In this document: positions 62,332 through 64,000 of the stretch, one piece after another
How the letters are laid out: every line of letters starts with the position of its first letter
How positions within the stretch are numbered: the stretch's first letter is position 1
From: Oceanispirochaeta sp.
GTDB lineage: Bacteria > Spirochaetota > Spirochaetia > DSM-2461
Assembly (NCBI GenBank): GCA_963663385.2
Contig: CAXXXD010000002.1
Location: 1,440,001 to 1,504,000 of the forward strand
Reading direction: 5' to 3'
Length of the DNA: 64,000 nt
Program-made: the position numbers and the translations under genes
Notes under the pieces: generated by a model
What the model was told of the DNA's origin: nothing
The model's input: the letters and a program-made list of their open reading frames with translations, nothing else
Databases searched by the model: none

Positions 62332-62595
62332 CTATTTAGTCTGTCCGTAATAGTAGTAATAATAGTAATAATAATTATAGTAGTCGGAATAGTAGTAGTA
62401 ATTGTAATAATTAGAGTAGTAATAGTAGTAATTGTAATAGTTAGAGTAATTGTAATAATCAGAGTAAGTAAAAAGATCACAGCTGCTGACGACTACTGCT
62501 GTTCCGATACCAAGACCGATTTTTCCAATTCTTTCCAGAGCCTGTCTACGGGAGATAGTCGGTTTTTCTTTGCTTTCACCAGTATCAGTTCCCAT
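62332..62595 (-). CDS. Tat-signal, Tyr-rich lipoprotein; putative radical-SAM-modified precursor peptide (87 aa)
   Basis: SD GGAG 7 nt before ATG 62595; SRRQAL twin-Arg, h-region, VSS-C39 lipobox; tail with 4x YS(D/N)YYN and poly-Tyr. Confidence 0.85.
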   Translation of the reverse strand: MGTDTGESKEKPTISRRQALERIGKIGLGIGTAVVVSSCDLFTYSDYYNYSNYYNYYYYYSNYYNYYYYSDYYNYYYYYYYYYGQTK

Positions 62596-62627
62596 TTTCT
62601 TCTCCAAAAAATGTTCTCTTATACTTA

Positions 62628-62656
62628 AGTATAAATTCAATAATATCATATATCTA
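62628..62656 (-). promoter_or_regulatory. Putative internal sigma70 promoter for the precursor gene, overlapping a 16-bp palindrome
   Basis: TAGATA-N17-TATACT on minus strand; TTATACTTAAGTATAA palindrome at 62619-62634. Confidence 0.45.
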
Positions 62657-63760
62657 CTCATTCGGAAACATTTCTATTCGATTCCCGGTTAAAGGCTCGA
62701 TATACTGTGTCATCAGTCTTTGCACTATTTCACAGGCTTCTCCCCGTTTCATAATATCCCCCTTCAAAGCCAGTGTATCGATAGGGCATCCTCCATGACA
62801 CATCCCCCAGAAACGGCAGTATTTGCAGTCAGTCTGTTTCAGAACAATTTGCCGTTTATTTATGATATCTCTTTTACTGTGTTCCAAGGCCGCTCTGATA
62901 CCGGTATTCCGGATATTTCCATAATCTGCCAGGTTTTCATCTCCTGCTTTTCCGCATTGGGAAAGCTTTCCCGTTGGACCTATGTAGAGCCAGTGGTTGG
63001 CGCAATTACCGGCATAATCACATAGAAGTCCACCTTTGCCATTTATAAACCTGATAAACATATCAATTGGACGAAGACCTTCATACTTTTCCGGATTTGC
63101 CAGGTAGATCGGCACCAGCTTTCCAAGGAAGTCGGCATACTCTTCGGGCGTAATATTTATATTGAAGGGATCATCCCCGTAAATGTAAATTTTATTAAAG
63201 GCTGGAGTTGTCTTAGTGTTTATATTTTTCAGGTGGTTAAGTATTCCTACCGGATTTTCAAGGGATCTTCTATGAACGACATATATAACCCCCCAGCTCA
63301 GGTTGTTCCGTTCAGCCAGTTCCGTTCCCTTGAAAAAAAGCTCCTTATAGATCTTTGAATCCCTTTTTTCTCCTATTCCCCGAATACCTTCTATGGGGTC
63401 GTAACTTGAACCTATCATATCAATCTTCAACTCTTTAAATACATCAACTAATTCCTGTGTCAAGCAAGTCATATTTGATTGGATCAGATGCCGGATTCTG
63501 TTTTCAGTCTCTCTGCAATAGGTTCTCTGGTATTCCAGTGCCTTTCTGAAATAGTCAGGACCAAGAAGGCAGGGTTCTCCTCCATGCCAGGTCAGCTGTA
63601 TGGATTCATCCGGGAATTCCTTTAAATAGTCATTCATACGTTTAAACACTGTTTCCAGTATTTCGAAAGTCATTATTTTTTCCTGATGCTTTTTTATAAC
63701 ACCGCAGTAAAGACAGTTGGAATTGCAGAGTTCAATGGGTTTGAAAATTATAACTGCCAT
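62654..63760 (-). CDS. Radical SAM/SPASM domain enzyme (anSME/peptide-maturase clan)
   Basis: CNSNCLYC, WHGGEP, QSN; SPASM C-x5-C...C...CKYC-x5-C-x3-C...C (8 Cys). Confidence 0.92.
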   Translation of the reverse strand: MAVIIFKPIELCNSNCLYCGVIKKHQEKIMTFEILETVFKRMNDYLKEFPDESIQLTWHGGEPCLLGPDYFRKALEYQRTYCRETENRIRHLIQSNMTCLTQELVDVFKELKIDMIGSSYDPIEGIRGIGEKRDSKIYKELFFKGTELAERNNLSWGVIYVVHRRSLENPVGILNHLKNINTKTTPAFNKIYIYGDDPFNINITPEEYADFLGKLVPIYLANPEKYEGLRPIDMFIRFINGKGGLLCDYAGNCANHWLYIGPTGKLSQCGKAGDENLADYGNIRNTGIRAALEHSKRDIINKRQIVLKQTDCKYCRFWGMCHGGCPIDTLALKGDIMKRGEACEIVQRLMTQYIEPLTGNRIEMFPNE

Positions 63761-64000
63761 TTTTCGCCTTCCCGGCGGGGCTCCCGCTTCGTTGCTGAAT
63801 CTATATATTTGAGAATGCTGTCAAACAGGATTTTATAGGAATCATCTTTTTCACACTGGTTCAGGTAAGCCATCCGGCAGCTTCTCCAGGCCGAGCAGAA
63901 AGAACACTTTTCATTATCTATAAATACTCTGGTGCGAATTTCCCGGATTTTTCTGTTTTCACAATCATTGATAATCTCTTTCAGCTGTTCCAATCCGGAA
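63748..64000 (-). CDS. C-terminal fragment of a protein with a SPASM-like Cys motif (5' end outside window)
   Basis: Frame is open to the window edge; CSFCSAWRSC (Cx2Cx5C); overlaps the rSAM start by 13 nt. Confidence 0.6.
   Translation of the reverse strand, partial: SGLEQLKEIINDCENRKIREIRTRVFIDNEKCSFCSAWRSCRMAYLNQCEKDDSYKILFDSILKYIDSATKREPRREGEKWQL

Noticed and set aside
62347..62466. GTA/ATA trinucleotide-like tract as microsatellite or CRISPR-like repeat
   Set aside because: No repeat-spacer structure or cas genes; it is in-frame Tyr/Asn/Ser coding with mixed synonymous codons.
62596..62661. 109-aa version of the precursor starting at 62661
   Set aside because: Overlaps the rSAM stop and runs through a promoter-like AT-rich gap; ATG 62595 has an SD and gives a normal Tat n-region.
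62654..63760. Annotation as anaerobic sulfatase maturase
   Set aside because: Motifs are compatible but no sulfatase is in view and a peptide substrate candidate is adjacent; not fully excluded because the cluster is truncated.

Overview
Window from a free-living spirochaete chromosome (Spirochaetales-type 16S signature GCAGCTAAGAAT; FliG paralogue, short AlaRS; genus not determinable by eye). Bases 1-59,730 are mostly housekeeping: rnfD-G-E-A-B, a GH57-like protein, alaS, hisZGB, LysM-amidase, rsmD, recG, yggT, dnaE, an Xdh-like triad, degT/capD, EIIA plus antiporter, an sfsA fusion, comEC, rsmA, dapAB, pta, tyrA, mtaB, a Lys-Glu-Lys-Glu tRNA cluster, upp, adk and a full rRNA operon (16S-tRNA-Ile-23S-5S). 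The most interesting part is the AT-richer minus-strand cluster at 59,763-64,000, cut off by the right window edge. It runs [partial Cys-motif ORF] - radical SAM/SPASM enzyme - 87-aa Tat-signal lipoprotein whose mature part has 28 Tyr in 40 residues with four YS(D/N)YYN repeats - tatA - tatC - 543-aa protein fusing a TatB-like N-terminus to a degenerate radical SAM/SPASM domain. I infer a RiPP-like system that cross-links or otherwise modifies a poly-tyrosine lipopeptide and exports it through a dedicated Tat translocase; I do not recognise it as described. Secondary observations: apparent pseudo-enzymes (GH57, SxxS TlpA, Xdh-like large subunit), small intergenic repeat elements, several probably leaderless genes, and base-pairing tRNA spacers. 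All family assignments are from motif recognition by eye; no searches were run.
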